Origin: Candidatus Roizmanbacteria bacterium CG_4_9_14_0_2_um_filter_38_17 | Lineage (GTDB): Bacteria > Patescibacteriota > Microgenomatia > GCA-00278855 | Assembly (NCBI GenBank): GCA_002788855.1 | Contig: PFSB01000006.1 | Location: 99,292-163,291 of the forward strand | Direction: 5' to 3' | Length of the DNA stretch: 64,000 bases | Shown: positions 48,481 to 58,860 of the stretch, piece by piece | Layout: the number at the start of each line of letters is the position of its first letter | Numbering within the stretch: position 1 is the first letter of the stretch | Notes under the pieces: generated by a model | Seen by the model: the letters and a program-made list of their open reading frames with translations, nothing else | What the model was told of the DNA's origin: nothing | Database searches by the model: none | Program-made: the position numbers and the translations under genes

Positions 48481-50250
48481 ATGTGTGGGATATTTGGATA
48501 TACTGGAAAAAATAATAATGCAGCGGATATAGTCCTTGAGGGGCTTAAAAAACTTGAGTATCGTGGATATGATAGCTGGGGTGTGGCAGTCCCGGGTCCT
48601 AGCGATGTAATCTCTGTAAGAAAAAAAATAGGTAAGATTGGTAATGCTACGATTGGCAACTTACCAGATGCATCTACCGGAATTGGACATACACGCTGGG
48701 CGACTCATGGTGGGGTAACAGAAAAGAATGCTCATCCGCATTTATCCTGTGATAAAAAAATTGCAGTAATTCATAATGGCATCATTGAAAATTACGATAA
48801 GCTACGTAGTAAGCTACAGAGCCAAAATCATGTATTTGTATCTGATACAGACTCTGAGGTAGCAGTACATCTGATAGAAGAATACAGGATGACTAATGCA
48901 TTATTAGAAGCTGTACGGAAGGCTTTTTTGGATTTTAGTGGACTAAATGCTGTAATTGCTCTGGAGGTTGGTGAAGAAGGTTTTGTGGCTATTAAAAATG
49001 GTTCACCCGTAGTAGTTGGGTTCGGTCAGGACGGAAACTATTTAGCTAGCGATGCAGTGGCGCTTAGTGCTCATACTAGAACAGTTTATTACCTTAAGGA
49101 TAATGAACTTGTGCATGTAGGCAAAAAAGAGGTACTGCTGTTTAATGCAGAAACTGGCAAGCAAAAGGGTTTTAAGAAGATAAAATTAGATTGGAGTGTA
49201 GAAGCTGCTGATTTAGGAAAGTACAAATACTTTATGCTTAAAGAGATAAATGAGCAACCAGATATTATTTCTCGTATTCTTAAAGAAGATATTGAGCAGG
49301 CAATACAGTTAGCTAAAGTGATTAAAAAATCATATGGTACTTATTTAGTTGGGTGTGGTACTGCTGCATATGCCTGTCTAGCTGGTTCTTATCTGTTTTC
49401 AAAAATAGCTAAAAGACATGTGAACTGGGCAGTAGGGAGTGAATTTGGCTACCAATTAGATTTTCTAACAGATAAAAGCTTCGTATTGGCTTTATCCCAA
49501 TCCGGAGAGACGATGGATATCCTTGAAGCAGTAAAAAAAGCTAAAACAAGAAATGCAAAAATTGGTGCTCTGGTTAATGTAATGGGGTCTACTCTTTACA
49601 GAGAGGCTGACCATAAAATGTTAATAGGGGCTGGCCCTGAAAAAGGAGTAGCCTCAACGAAAGTATTTGTTTCCAAGCTTGCTCATCTTGTGTTGCTTTC
49701 ATATATACTGGAGGGTAAAAACTTGGAAGGAACAGCAGTTCTTAAAAAAGCAGAAGTATCTGCGAGGGATGTTTTGAATGAAAGCACTACAAGAAAAATT
49801 AAAAAGTTAGCAAACAAATTGTATAAAAAAGATCATATGTATATAGTTGGCAGGGGTTTATCATACCCAGCGAGTTTGGAAGCAGCACTAAAGATAAAGG
49901 AAATTTCATATATCCATGCGGAGGGATTTGCCGCCGGGGAGCTAAAACATGGGGTCATAGCATTAATCGAAAAAGGAACACCTTGTATGGTATATGCCCC
50001 GAATGATGAAACATATGGCGCAAATCTTGCAGGCGCAATGGAGATGAAAGCGCGTGGTGGTTATATTATTGGAGTGTCACATAAGGATCATGAAGTATTT
50101 GATTATTATATTGAGGTAAAAGACGCAGCTGAGGCAACCATTATTCCTAATGTGATGGTTGCGCAGTTGCTCTCGTATTATTTAGCAGTTAAGCTAGGAC
50201 TTGATCCAGATAAACCTCGTAACCTAGCTAAATCTGTTACGGTTAAATAA
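48481..50250 (+). CDS. glmS: Glutamine-fructose-6-phosphate aminotransferase
   Basis: MCGIFG, LEYRGYDS, GHTRWATHG, SQSGET, DKPRNLAKSVTV. Confidence 0.98.
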   Translation: MCGIFGYTGKNNNAADIVLEGLKKLEYRGYDSWGVAVPGPSDVISVRKKIGKIGNATIGNLPDASTGIGHTRWATHGGVTEKNAHPHLSCDKKIAVIHNGIIENYDKLRSKLQSQNHVFVSDTDSEVAVHLIEEYRMTNALLEAVRKAFLDFSGLNAVIALEVGEEGFVAIKNGSPVVVGFGQDGNYLASDAVALSAHTRTVYYLKDNELVHVGKKEVLLFNAETGKQKGFKKIKLDWSVEAADLGKYKYFMLKEINEQPDIISRILKEDIEQAIQLAKVIKKSYGTYLVGCGTAAYACLAGSYLFSKIAKRHVNWAVGSEFGYQLDFLTDKSFVLALSQSGETMDILEAVKKAKTRNAKIGALVNVMGSTLYREADHKMLIGAGPEKGVASTKVFVSKLAHLVLLSYILEGKNLEGTAVLKKAEVSARDVLNESTTRKIKKLANKLYKKDHMYIVGRGLSYPASLEAALKIKEISYIHAEGFAAGELKHGVIALIEKGTPCMVYAPNDETYGANLAGAMEMKARGGYIIGVSHKDHEVFDYYIEVKDAAEATIIPNVMVAQLLSYYLAVKLGLDPDKPRNLAKSVTVK

Positions 50251-50269
50251 TAAGGTATACTTAAATATT

Positions 50270-51244
50270 ATGGCGAAGAAGATCGTTGTTATTGGTGGAG
50301 GAACGGGCACTTATGTGGCCTTAACGGGGTTGCGTGAATATGATGTGTCACTAACTGCAGTGGTAACAATGATGGACTCTGGTGGGAGTACTGGGCGTCT
50401 CCGTGATCAACTTGGGGTACTACCTCCTGGGGATATTCGCCAAGCTCTCGTGGCTTTATCAGAATCCGATGAAGTTTGGCGAAAACTGTTTACTTACCGT
50501 TTTGATAATGGAGACCTAAGTGGTCATAACTTTGGCAACTTGTTTATTTCAGCTCTTGAGAAAATGACCGGTGACTTTTCTGAAGCATTAAAATTGGCTT
50601 CAGAGCTTTTGCAAATTAAAGGCCAAGTACTTCCTGTTACCTATTCAAAATCTGATCTCTGTGTGGAGTTAGAAGATGGGCAAGTGATTGAAGGAGAAAC
50701 ATATATTGATGAACTAGAGTCAAATAAAAAGAGATCTAAAATTAAAAGAGCGTATCTTAAACCAACTGCTCCAATTAATGAGGCTGTAGTGGCAGCGATT
50801 CAGGAAGCAGATCTAGTTCTAATTGGTCCGGGTGATCTTTACACAAGTTTATTAGTTAATTTATTAGTTGATGGCGTGGTTGATGCTTTATCATCAACTA
50901 AGGCAAAAGTTGTGTATGCCTTAAATCTAATGACAAAATATGGTCAGACAACAAGTTACACTGGGCAAGATCACGTGTCAGATCTTGAGCAATACCTTGG
51001 TAAAGGCGTATTGGACTATGTATTAGTTAATAATGCTAGGCCCGACGATGACACATTGAAGATATACGAAAAGGAGCAAGAAATTCTTAACGTTGATAAT
51101 CTAAAAGAGAATGGATATAGAATTGTGCATGCAGATATGTTGGCGGATGAGAAGATTCAGAAACCAGCAGCTGATAAACTAAAGAGAAGTTTAATTCGGC
51201 ACGATCCTGACAAACTTGCCAAGGTAATAATGTCTTTAGGCTAA
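50270..51244 (+). CDS. yvcK: YvcK/GlmR family UDP-GlcNAc-binding protein
   Basis: IGGGTG, DSGGSTGRLR, PPGDIR, GPGDLYTS, RHDPDKLA. Confidence 0.92.
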   Translation: MAKKIVVIGGGTGTYVALTGLREYDVSLTAVVTMMDSGGSTGRLRDQLGVLPPGDIRQALVALSESDEVWRKLFTYRFDNGDLSGHNFGNLFISALEKMTGDFSEALKLASELLQIKGQVLPVTYSKSDLCVELEDGQVIEGETYIDELESNKKRSKIKRAYLKPTAPINEAVVAAIQEADLVLIGPGDLYTSLLVNLLVDGVVDALSSTKAKVVYALNLMTKYGQTTSYTGQDHVSDLEQYLGKGVLDYVLVNNARPDDDTLKIYEKEQEILNVDNLKENGYRIVHADMLADEKIQKPAADKLKRSLIRHDPDKLAKVIMSLG

Positions 51245-51292
51245 TTAATGCTTAAATATAGCCATTTCTTGTTATAATCAGGCTATAAGATT

Positions 51293-52009
51293 ATGAACAA
51301 GGGCAAAACTATTGTAATACTACATGGCTGGAAACTTAGCTCCCAGAGATATAATCCACTAGTCAAAGAACTTAGGAAGCTTGGGTATAGAGTATATATT
51401 CCGGATATGCCAGGTAATGGGGTTGCGAAGTTACCTAAGAATCCATTTACACTTGATGACTATGTTGAGTACGTATTAGGGTATTTGTCTACGAATAAAC
51501 TACGAAGATTTACTTTAATTGGTCATTCTTTCGGAGGAAGAGTGGGGATCAAATTAGTTGCTAAAAACCCCGAGCTTATAAATAAGCTGGTCCTAACTGG
51601 TACTCCAGGTGTGATCCCTGTGTCATCAACTAAAATTAAGATGTTTTTGGTGTTAGCGAAAATTGGTAATATGATTTTTAACTTACCTGTCCTAGAGTTA
51701 TTCAAGGACAGTGCAAGAAGAGGCTTATATAGACTAGCGAAATCCAGTGATTACTACCATACAGATGGAGTTATGAGACAAACTTTTAAAAATATTATTA
51801 GAGCTGATCTAGTAAAATCTATGTCAAAATTAAAGCTTCCAGTTACTCTCGTCTGGGGTGAGCATGATGAGGCAGTTCCTGTAAATGTAGCTAAAGTGAT
51901 GCAAAAAATGATTAAGGGATCAAAACTTGTGGTGATACCCGGATCTAGTCACGATGTTATCTGGGCAAACCCGCTTAGGTTTATTGATGCGTTTAATACT
52001 GATAAATAA
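51293..52009 (+). CDS. Alpha/beta hydrolase
   Basis: LHGW, DMPGNG, GHSFGG, WGEHD, catalytic His. Confidence 0.92.
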   Translation: MNKGKTIVILHGWKLSSQRYNPLVKELRKLGYRVYIPDMPGNGVAKLPKNPFTLDDYVEYVLGYLSTNKLRRFTLIGHSFGGRVGIKLVAKNPELINKLVLTGTPGVIPVSSTKIKMFLVLAKIGNMIFNLPVLELFKDSARRGLYRLAKSSDYYHTDGVMRQTFKNIIRADLVKSMSKLKLPVTLVWGEHDEAVPVNVAKVMQKMIKGSKLVVIPGSSHDVIWANPLRFIDAFNTDK

Positions 52010-53616
52010 TGATAAATATATTGTCATATATTGTTCTAGCAGCATTTGTAATTCGTACTATACGAAATACTCTTTACCACATATTTTTGTGGCAAAACAA
52101 TGAATATCGTCTAGACATGCTTAAGGTTTATCTAAAGACGAGTGTTGGCAAAAGAATTGTTTTTGGTCCCATGGCAAAGATTAAATTTGTTTTATTAGCT
52201 CTATTTATCTTTGCTTTAATAGGGGAGTTTAATATTATAGCTAGCTTGGCTATCTGGAGTTTTGGGGTTTTATTTATTGTGGAAGCATGGCGAAATCTAG
52301 GCGAGTTTATGTCAGGTTCTTTGCCTCTTCCTAAGTTTACAGTCAAAGTTGTGCTGATCATATTAATAACATTACTTTTTCAGTTTATTCTGATATTGTC
52401 CTCATCTCCACGTTTTGCTTTAGATCTTATGCCATTTATGGATAAGCTGCTTGCTGTATCCGTTGCTGCGCAGATTGGGTTACTAAGCATCCCAACTCGA
52501 ATTAGGGATGCATTGTTGGAGTATTTTGCCATGGAGAAAATGGTTAGATTTAAAAGAATTCGCGTAGTGGGAATTACCGGAAGTTATGGAAAATCTACAA
52601 CTAAGGAGTTTTTGTACCAGTTGGTTAAAGATGAGTTCAATGTAGTTAAAACTTCTAAGAATATAAACAAGCCAGTGGGTATTGCAAAGCTTATTTTGCA
52701 AGAAGTCAGTGACAAAACTGAGCTACTTATAGTTGAAGCAGCGGCTGACAAACACCATGGTCGGAACCAGGTGGTGCGTATTACAAATATGTTAGCAGAT
52801 AAGCTGAGTGTGGCTGTGATAACAGGAGTAAATCAGCAACATCTAGCGCTGTTTAAATCTAGACAGGAAATAATTCAAACAAAATATAGTTTGGTGACAG
52901 GTCTTAATGATGAGGGCGTTGCGGTTCTTAAGGTAGATAGTCGTTCTATGCGGAGGCTTGCAAAAAAAGCCAAAAAAGACAGTTTAAAAACGGTGTTATG
53001 CGGAACGGATAAACGCCTCTATGCCTATGGGGACAAAATTGTGCTATCTAGTTCTGGGTCTAAATTTGAATTAGTTATCGGAAAGAATAGAGCTAAATTA
53101 AATACAGATCTTCTAGGGTTAGCAAACGTGGAAGGCATTGTTGTAGCGGCAACAGTGGCTATGCAGCTAGGTGTTTCGTGGAATAGGATAAAGACTAAGA
53201 TAAAAAAACTTACTCCGCCACTTAATTCTCTTAATGTAGTTAAAAAACGTGGCTTAGTATTGATTGACGATACCTACAGCGCAAATCCTGATGGTGTAAT
53301 TGCAGCTTTAGACTTTTTATCACTCTATTCTGATACCAAAATATTAGTGCTTAATCCATTAGCTGAACTTGGAGAGGATTCCGTTTTAGTACATAAGAAC
53401 ATAGTCAAGTATGCGGCAAAAATTTGTGATGCCATCATCTTAACAAATGGTAATAACTACGAAGCTGTTATGAAAGCTGTAAAAGAAGATGTTGTTGTAG
53501 TGGTAAAGAATAAGAATCAAGTGAAAGATTACATAAAGAACAACTTTAAAGGTAAAAAGGTTATATTATTTGAAGGAAGGGAGACCGCGGGTGCTTTGAG
53601 CACTTACAAAAGTTAA
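52009..53616 (+). CDS. murF: MurF-like ligase with N-terminal membrane domain
   Basis: GITGSYGKSTTKE, IDDTYSANPDG, ELG; four N-terminal TMs. Confidence 0.85.
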   Translation: MINILSYIVLAAFVIRTIRNTLYHIFLWQNNEYRLDMLKVYLKTSVGKRIVFGPMAKIKFVLLALFIFALIGEFNIIASLAIWSFGVLFIVEAWRNLGEFMSGSLPLPKFTVKVVLIILITLLFQFILILSSSPRFALDLMPFMDKLLAVSVAAQIGLLSIPTRIRDALLEYFAMEKMVRFKRIRVVGITGSYGKSTTKEFLYQLVKDEFNVVKTSKNINKPVGIAKLILQEVSDKTELLIVEAAADKHHGRNQVVRITNMLADKLSVAVITGVNQQHLALFKSRQEIIQTKYSLVTGLNDEGVAVLKVDSRSMRRLAKKAKKDSLKTVLCGTDKRLYAYGDKIVLSSSGSKFELVIGKNRAKLNTDLLGLANVEGIVVAATVAMQLGVSWNRIKTKIKKLTPPLNSLNVVKKRGLVLIDDTYSANPDGVIAALDFLSLYSDTKILVLNPLAELGEDSVLVHKNIVKYAAKICDAIILTNGNNYEAVMKAVKEDVVVVVKNKNQVKDYIKNNFKGKKVILFEGRETAGALSTYKS

Positions 53617-53618
53617 GT

Positions 53619-54815
53619 ATGTTAAAAGTAATATCTTCAGGACTTTCTCCAAATACGAAAGCGACAGATGTCATAATTGCTCTGGAGGCATTAATATTAA
53701 AACGGCACTGGAAAGATCCTTTGCAGTTGCATATTCTAAAAAAATGGTTTGCAAGTCGGTATAACTCTGATCAAGTCTATTTATTTAATTCTGGGCGGTC
53801 TGCGTTGTATTTTCTGCTTAAAGCGGCGGGTGTAACAAAACAAGACGAGGTTATAGTGCAGGCTTTTACATGTATTGGAGCTATTAACCCAATTATCTGG
53901 ATTGGAGCAAAACCTGTTTATATAGATATAGATCCACAAACATATAATCTTGACCCTGACTTACTGGAGTCATCAATTACTTCTAAAACTAAAGTTGTAA
54001 TTGTTCAACATACCTTTGGAATACCTGCTGCTATTTCTAAAATTAAGAAAATATGTCAAGAGCATAAAATTATTCTAATTGAAGACTGTGCGGTAAGTAT
54101 TGGCGCATTTGTGGGTAAAAAAGAAGTAGGTACATATGGTGATGCGGCTTTTTTTAGTTTTGGAAGAGATAAGATAGTTTCTAGTGTTAGTGGTGGTGCC
54201 GCAATAATTAATAATCTTAAACATTTTGCCAATCTAGATGAGTTATATAGAGAGATACTAGAGCCTTCCTCTAACTGGGTATATCAGCAGTTATTGCACC
54301 CTGTTGCTATGGCTGTAATTCTTCCTCTGTATTTGATTCAAGTAGGAAAGATATTATTAGTTTTATTGCAGAAAATTAAACTTATTTCTAAACCATATGA
54401 AGAATTGGAATATTCTGGAGGTAAACCAGAAAGTTATCCTCGAAGGTATTCTCCAGCTTTAGTTCCGCTAATTATGCATCAGCTTAGACAGCTAGATGCG
54501 ATGGATGCAAGACGGGTCTTTAATGCCAGTTACTATGGAGAAAATTTAATAAAAGGAGCTGTATATTTGCGCTATCCAGTATTGGTAAAAAATAGAGAAC
54601 AGATATTAAATAAAGCTCAAAGGGCAGGAATTTATCTTGGTACATGGTATGATAGTGTGATTAATCCAGCTGGTGTAACTTTGAGTAATTTTAAATACAA
54701 AAAAGGTAGTTGCCCAGTGGCAGAAGATATTGCAGGACGAATACTAAATTTACCAACATACGCGCGTTTGACTGTTAGGGAAATAAAGAAAGTTAGAGAT
54801 ATTGTGAATGACTAA
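53619..54815 (+). CDS. DegT/DnrJ/EryC1/StrS PLP aminotransferase
   Basis: NSGRSAL, IEDCA, FSFGRDK, LNLPT. Confidence 0.9.
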   Translation: MLKVISSGLSPNTKATDVIIALEALILKRHWKDPLQLHILKKWFASRYNSDQVYLFNSGRSALYFLLKAAGVTKQDEVIVQAFTCIGAINPIIWIGAKPVYIDIDPQTYNLDPDLLESSITSKTKVVIVQHTFGIPAAISKIKKICQEHKIILIEDCAVSIGAFVGKKEVGTYGDAAFFSFGRDKIVSSVSGGAAIINNLKHFANLDELYREILEPSSNWVYQQLLHPVAMAVILPLYLIQVGKILLVLLQKIKLISKPYEELEYSGGKPESYPRRYSPALVPLIMHQLRQLDAMDARRVFNASYYGENLIKGAVYLRYPVLVKNREQILNKAQRAGIYLGTWYDSVINPAGVTLSNFKYKKGSCPVAEDIAGRILNLPTYARLTVREIKKVRDIVND

Positions 54816-55881
54816 TCTCCACATAAAACCAGTTACTAGTAACAAAACCTGGAACAACTTCATAAGCTCAGTTGCTGCTCGCTCTTTTTTTCAGTCCTGG
54901 GAGTGGGGAGAAGTGAGTAAGCTCAATGGTCAGACAATAGATAGACTCGGCATCTATGAAAAAGACAGGTTGGTTGGTGTTTTTCAGATAACACTTGTTC
55001 AAGCTAAGCGTGGTAACTATATTATGTTAAGACATGGTCCAGTGCTTAGTAGTTGGAACAGTAGATATCTAGTAGTATTGATAGATTTTTTAAAAAAAAT
55101 CTACAAAGATAATTATTCTTTTATAAGAATAAGTCCATTAATAGACCGTGTATATAGTACTTTGTTGAAGAAAGTTGGATTCAGACTAGCGCCTGTGCAC
55201 GACAATATTGATGCGCAGATATGCTACGAGGTGAATCTCAAACCTGAGCTGGAAGTAATCTTGGCGGGCATGCGCAAAAATACTAGAGGATCGATTAAAA
55301 AAACAGCTTCAAACGAAAACCTTACGATAGGGTATGAAATTTCAGCTAAATCTATTAAGGAATTTAGTCAACTATACCGTCAAACGGCTCGTAAAAAAGG
55401 TTTTGTGGAATGGAGTGGGATAAAAACAGAAGTTAGTGAGTTTGATAAGAACAAAGCTGTGGATCTTATCATTGTCTACTTGAATAAAGAGCCGGTTGCG
55501 GGAGCAGTGATTAATTACTGGGGTAATCAGGGTATTTATCATTATGCTGCTGCAAATTATGATGGCTTAAAAACTCAAGCGCAATATTTAGTGATTTACG
55601 AGGCAATAAAACGTTGCAAAATGCGTGGGTTGGAATATTTTAATTTCTGGGGTGGAATTGAAGACATCAGTGATGTTGGGCACCCATGGTTTGGGTTAAC
55701 AGTTTTTAAACGTGGATTCGGGTCAAAGCAGAAAGTTTATCTACAGACATATGATTATATGCTTTCTCATGGGTACTGGAAAACATATCTATATGAGCAA
55801 GTTGTTGAGCATTTACGAGGATACAAAACAATTGGTACTTGGCGTAGTCCAACTTTCTTACGACGACTATTTGGTGTATGA
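54808..55881 (+). CDS. FemAB/FemX family peptidyl transferase
   Basis: FFQSWEWG, GPV, RISP, FNFWG, FKRGFG. Confidence 0.9.
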   Translation: MTNLHIKPVTSNKTWNNFISSVAARSFFQSWEWGEVSKLNGQTIDRLGIYEKDRLVGVFQITLVQAKRGNYIMLRHGPVLSSWNSRYLVVLIDFLKKIYKDNYSFIRISPLIDRVYSTLLKKVGFRLAPVHDNIDAQICYEVNLKPELEVILAGMRKNTRGSIKKTASNENLTIGYEISAKSIKEFSQLYRQTARKKGFVEWSGIKTEVSEFDKNKAVDLIIVYLNKEPVAGAVINYWGNQGIYHYAAANYDGLKTQAQYLVIYEAIKRCKMRGLEYFNFWGGIEDISDVGHPWFGLTVFKRGFGSKQKVYLQTYDYMLSHGYWKTYLYEQVVEHLRGYKTIGTWRSPTFLRRLFGV

Positions 55882-55894
55882 TGAAATTATAGAG

Positions 55895-56239
55895 ATGAAA
55901 TTTGTAAAATCAGTAACCCATGCAATTGAAGGCTTAGGGTACGTGCTTAGAGAGCATGCAAACTTTCGTATTCATATAGCATTAGCTTTTGTCGCGATAG
56001 TTTTAGGAATAAGCTTAAAATTGTCTAATCTCGAACTGTCCATACTTGTAATAACTATTACGCTAGTATTAATGGCAGAGATTCTGAATACTGCGGTTGA
56101 AGAGCTGTCGGACTTAATTACCCTGCGCTGGAGTAAACATGCTAAAGTTGCAAAGGATGTCTCTGCTGGCATGGTATTTTTAACTTCAATTTGCGCGGCA
56201 ATTGTGGGGTGGTTGCTTTTTATTCCTAAACTTAATTAA
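55895..56239 (+). CDS. dgkA: Diacylglycerol/undecaprenol kinase
   Basis: NFRIH, EILNTAVEELSD, AKDVSAGMV; ATG 55895 preferred. Confidence 0.92.
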   Translation: MKFVKSVTHAIEGLGYVLREHANFRIHIALAFVAIVLGISLKLSNLELSILVITITLVLMAEILNTAVEELSDLITLRWSKHAKVAKDVSAGMVFLTSICAAIVGWLLFIPKLN

Positions 56240-56242
56240 TAT

Positions 56243-57277
56243 ATGGCATTATTCTTAGGTATATTTCTAGTTTCTTTTTGCATTAATGCATTATTGTTTG
56301 TCCCATTCATTAATCTTCTATATAAAATTCAGATGCAGCGGCAAAAACAAGATACGCTGGATACTTTTGGTAAATTAACGCCAATATTTAATCGTTTACA
56401 CAAAATGAAAGTGGGTACTCCAGTTGGCGGTGGGCTTTTACTCATAATAACAACCTGCATTTTAACTCTGGTGATTTTGTCTAGCTTGAAACTATTCTGG
56501 GTACCTATAGTTTCTGACTATCCACTCATATCTGAGCTTAAAGTAATTTTTTTTACATTTGTCATGTTTGGGCTCTTAGGTCTTTATGATGACATAAAAA
56601 AGATGTTTAAGTTCTTAGCGGATACTTTTTTTGGTCTTAGGTTTAGGCACAAGATTCTATTGCAAATTATTCTTGCTGCAATTATTTCATATTGGCTTTA
56701 CCAGAATCTTTCAATATCTATTATTAATATTCCCTTAATTGGGGTAATAGACCTAGGCTGGATATATATTCCGTTTGCAACACTAGTTATTGTGGCTTTC
56801 ACCAATGCATATAATATTACCGATGGTCTAGACGGGCTTGCAGGAGGGCTGTTATTTATTGCACTTATTATTTTCTGGGTTATATCTGCTTCAGTTTTAG
56901 ATACTCCTTTGGAAATTTTTATTGCCGTCTGGGTAGGGGGATTGGTAGCTTTCTTGTATTTTAATGTATTTCCAGCTAGGATCTGGATGGGTGATGTGGG
57001 TTCAATGGCTTTTGGAGCAACATTAGCTGTAATTGGCTTATTATTAGGTAAGTTAGTAGCCCTGGTAATAATTGGTTTAATATTTGTTCTAGAAGTAAGC
57101 TCCAGCTTAGCTCAGATGTTATCTAAATATTTTCGTGGAAAGAAATTATTCGAAGTAGCTCCATTTCATTTATTGCTTCAAAATAAAGGATGGGCAGAGC
57201 CTAAAATTGTTATGCGTGCTTGGTTGGTCCAAATTATGCTGGGAGTGTTCGGCCTCTGGCTCTCCTTCTTTACTTAA
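56243..57277 (+). CDS. mraY: Phospho-MurNAc-pentapeptide transferase
   Basis: GTPVGGG, YDD, NITDGLDGL, MGDVGS, APFH. Confidence 0.96.
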   Translation: MALFLGIFLVSFCINALLFVPFINLLYKIQMQRQKQDTLDTFGKLTPIFNRLHKMKVGTPVGGGLLLIITTCILTLVILSSLKLFWVPIVSDYPLISELKVIFFTFVMFGLLGLYDDIKKMFKFLADTFFGLRFRHKILLQIILAAIISYWLYQNLSISIINIPLIGVIDLGWIYIPFATLVIVAFTNAYNITDGLDGLAGGLLFIALIIFWVISASVLDTPLEIFIAVWVGGLVAFLYFNVFPARIWMGDVGSMAFGATLAVIGLLLGKLVALVIIGLIFVLEVSSSLAQMLSKYFRGKKLFEVAPFHLLLQNKGWAEPKIVMRAWLVQIMLGVFGLWLSFFT

Positions 57278-57326
57278 GTTTTAATATTTTATTGATTCAC
57301 CCTATTTTGATATATACTCTAAGCTC

Positions 57327-58793
57327 ATGATTCGCGCAAAGGATATAACATTTTCGTATGGTAGTGAGCTCGTTTTTGATAAAACTAGTTTTATCATTAC
57401 TGAAGGTCAAAAAGTTGGCATGGTTGGTCCAAATGGGGCTGGTAAATCAACATTATTTTCCATTATTACAAATAAACTAGAGCTGGATGCTGGAAGTATC
57501 GAGACGACTGGAACTGTCGGATATGTTCCACAGGAAGTTAAGCAAGATCCTAGTTTAGAAGAGTCTTTATCAGTAAGAGACTATATTGATCCAGAAAAGC
57601 AGAAGAGCGATTTCGAGCTAAAAAAACTATTAGCAGGACTAGAATTAGATCATGTAGCGCTACTATCAAAGCCCAAGATCTTGAGTGGAGGCCAAAAAAC
57701 AAAACTAGCTCTTGCACGAGCTTTAATTCAAGAGCCTGACCTACTGCTGTTGGATGAACCTGTTAATTTTATGGATTCTGCTGGTAAGAGATTCGTGATG
57801 AACTTCTTGAGTCAATATCCTAAATCTCTGATGATCGTGTCCCATGACCTTGATTTACTGGACGAGCACATTGATAAGGTCTTGATATTAAATATACAAA
57901 GCAAAAAAATAGAGACGTATGCTGGAACATATAAAAAAGCAATGAAACTCAAAGAAGAACAGGAAGAGCATTTTAAAAGACAGGTTAGAGTAAAGGAGAA
58001 GCATATAGAACAAATGGAAAAATCATTGCTTAAGCTCTACAGGAACAAGTCAAAAAAAGGGGTACGTGCTCGCATGCAACACATAAAACGTATTGGGCAA
58101 GAAAAATCTGCGCTTCCTGCAATGCCAACTGCGATTAAAAAATTTAAGCTAGATTTACCTGAACCTAGTAGAATTGCTGAGTTACCAATAATGGTTAAGG
58201 GTATCAATAAATCATATGGTGATAATAAGGTTCTTAAAGACCTATCTTTTTATGTAAATAGAGGAGAGAAAATATTAATAACTGGAGACAACGGGGCAGG
58301 TAAGTCGACACTTATTAAAATTATTATGAATAAAATTAAAGCAGATACAGGTACAGTTTTGATCAAGGAAAACGTGCAAATTGGCTACTATTCTCAAGAG
58401 TTTGAAACTTTTGATTTTAGCAAAAGAGTGTTGGATACGGTAATGGAGGAGTGTGGTATCTATGAGCAGAAAGCTCGGAGTTTTTTGGGGAGGTTTATGT
58501 TTGATGCAGATAATGTAAAACAGCGCGTCGGGACGCTCTCAGGAGGTGAAAAAACTAGATTGTCTGTGGCTATGATAATGCTGAATAATAATAATCTCTT
58601 AGTTCTTGATGAACCTACTACCTATCTTGATCCTCTGAGCCAAAGAATCGTTCTCGAAGCTCTCAAGGAATATAAAGGAACTCTTGTATTAGTTAGCCAT
58701 GTGGATGAATTTGTAAAAGAATTAAAACCAGATAGAGCATTCCTCATGCCAGAAGGTGAACTAATCACCTGGTTCTCCACCCAGGATTATTAG
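57327..58793 (+). CDS. ABC-F family ribosome-associated ATPase
   Basis: Two NBDs (GPNGAGKS/LSGGQ/DEP and GDNGAGKS/LSGGE/DEPT), helical linker, no TMs. Confidence 0.93.
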   Translation: MIRAKDITFSYGSELVFDKTSFIITEGQKVGMVGPNGAGKSTLFSIITNKLELDAGSIETTGTVGYVPQEVKQDPSLEESLSVRDYIDPEKQKSDFELKKLLAGLELDHVALLSKPKILSGGQKTKLALARALIQEPDLLLLDEPVNFMDSAGKRFVMNFLSQYPKSLMIVSHDLDLLDEHIDKVLILNIQSKKIETYAGTYKKAMKLKEEQEEHFKRQVRVKEKHIEQMEKSLLKLYRNKSKKGVRARMQHIKRIGQEKSALPAMPTAIKKFKLDLPEPSRIAELPIMVKGINKSYGDNKVLKDLSFYVNRGEKILITGDNGAGKSTLIKIIMNKIKADTGTVLIKENVQIGYYSQEFETFDFSKRVLDTVMEECGIYEQKARSFLGRFMFDADNVKQRVGTLSGGEKTRLSVAMIMLNNNNLLVLDEPTTYLDPLSQRIVLEALKEYKGTLVLVSHVDEFVKELKPDRAFLMPEGELITWFSTQDY

Positions 58794-58799
58794 AATTAT

Positions 58800-58816
58800 A
58801 TAGAGCGTCGCTCTAT
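58800..58816. repeat. Palindrome ATAGAGCG-T-CGCTCTAT
   Basis: Perfect 8-bp arms directly after the ABC-F stop. Confidence 0.75.
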
Positions 58817-58833
58817 TAAGGCCTTGTTTACAA

Positions 58834-58860
58834 CCTATTAAAAACTGGGTTTTTAATAGG
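58834..58860. repeat. REP-B dispersed copy CCTATTAAAAAC-TGG-GTTTTTAATAGG
   Basis: 25-nt core identical to 38723-38747. Confidence 0.93.

Noticed and set aside
38722-58860. REP-B copies as CRISPR repeats
   Set aside because: Copies are 0.7-11 kb apart, in both orientations, with no regular spacers or cas genes.
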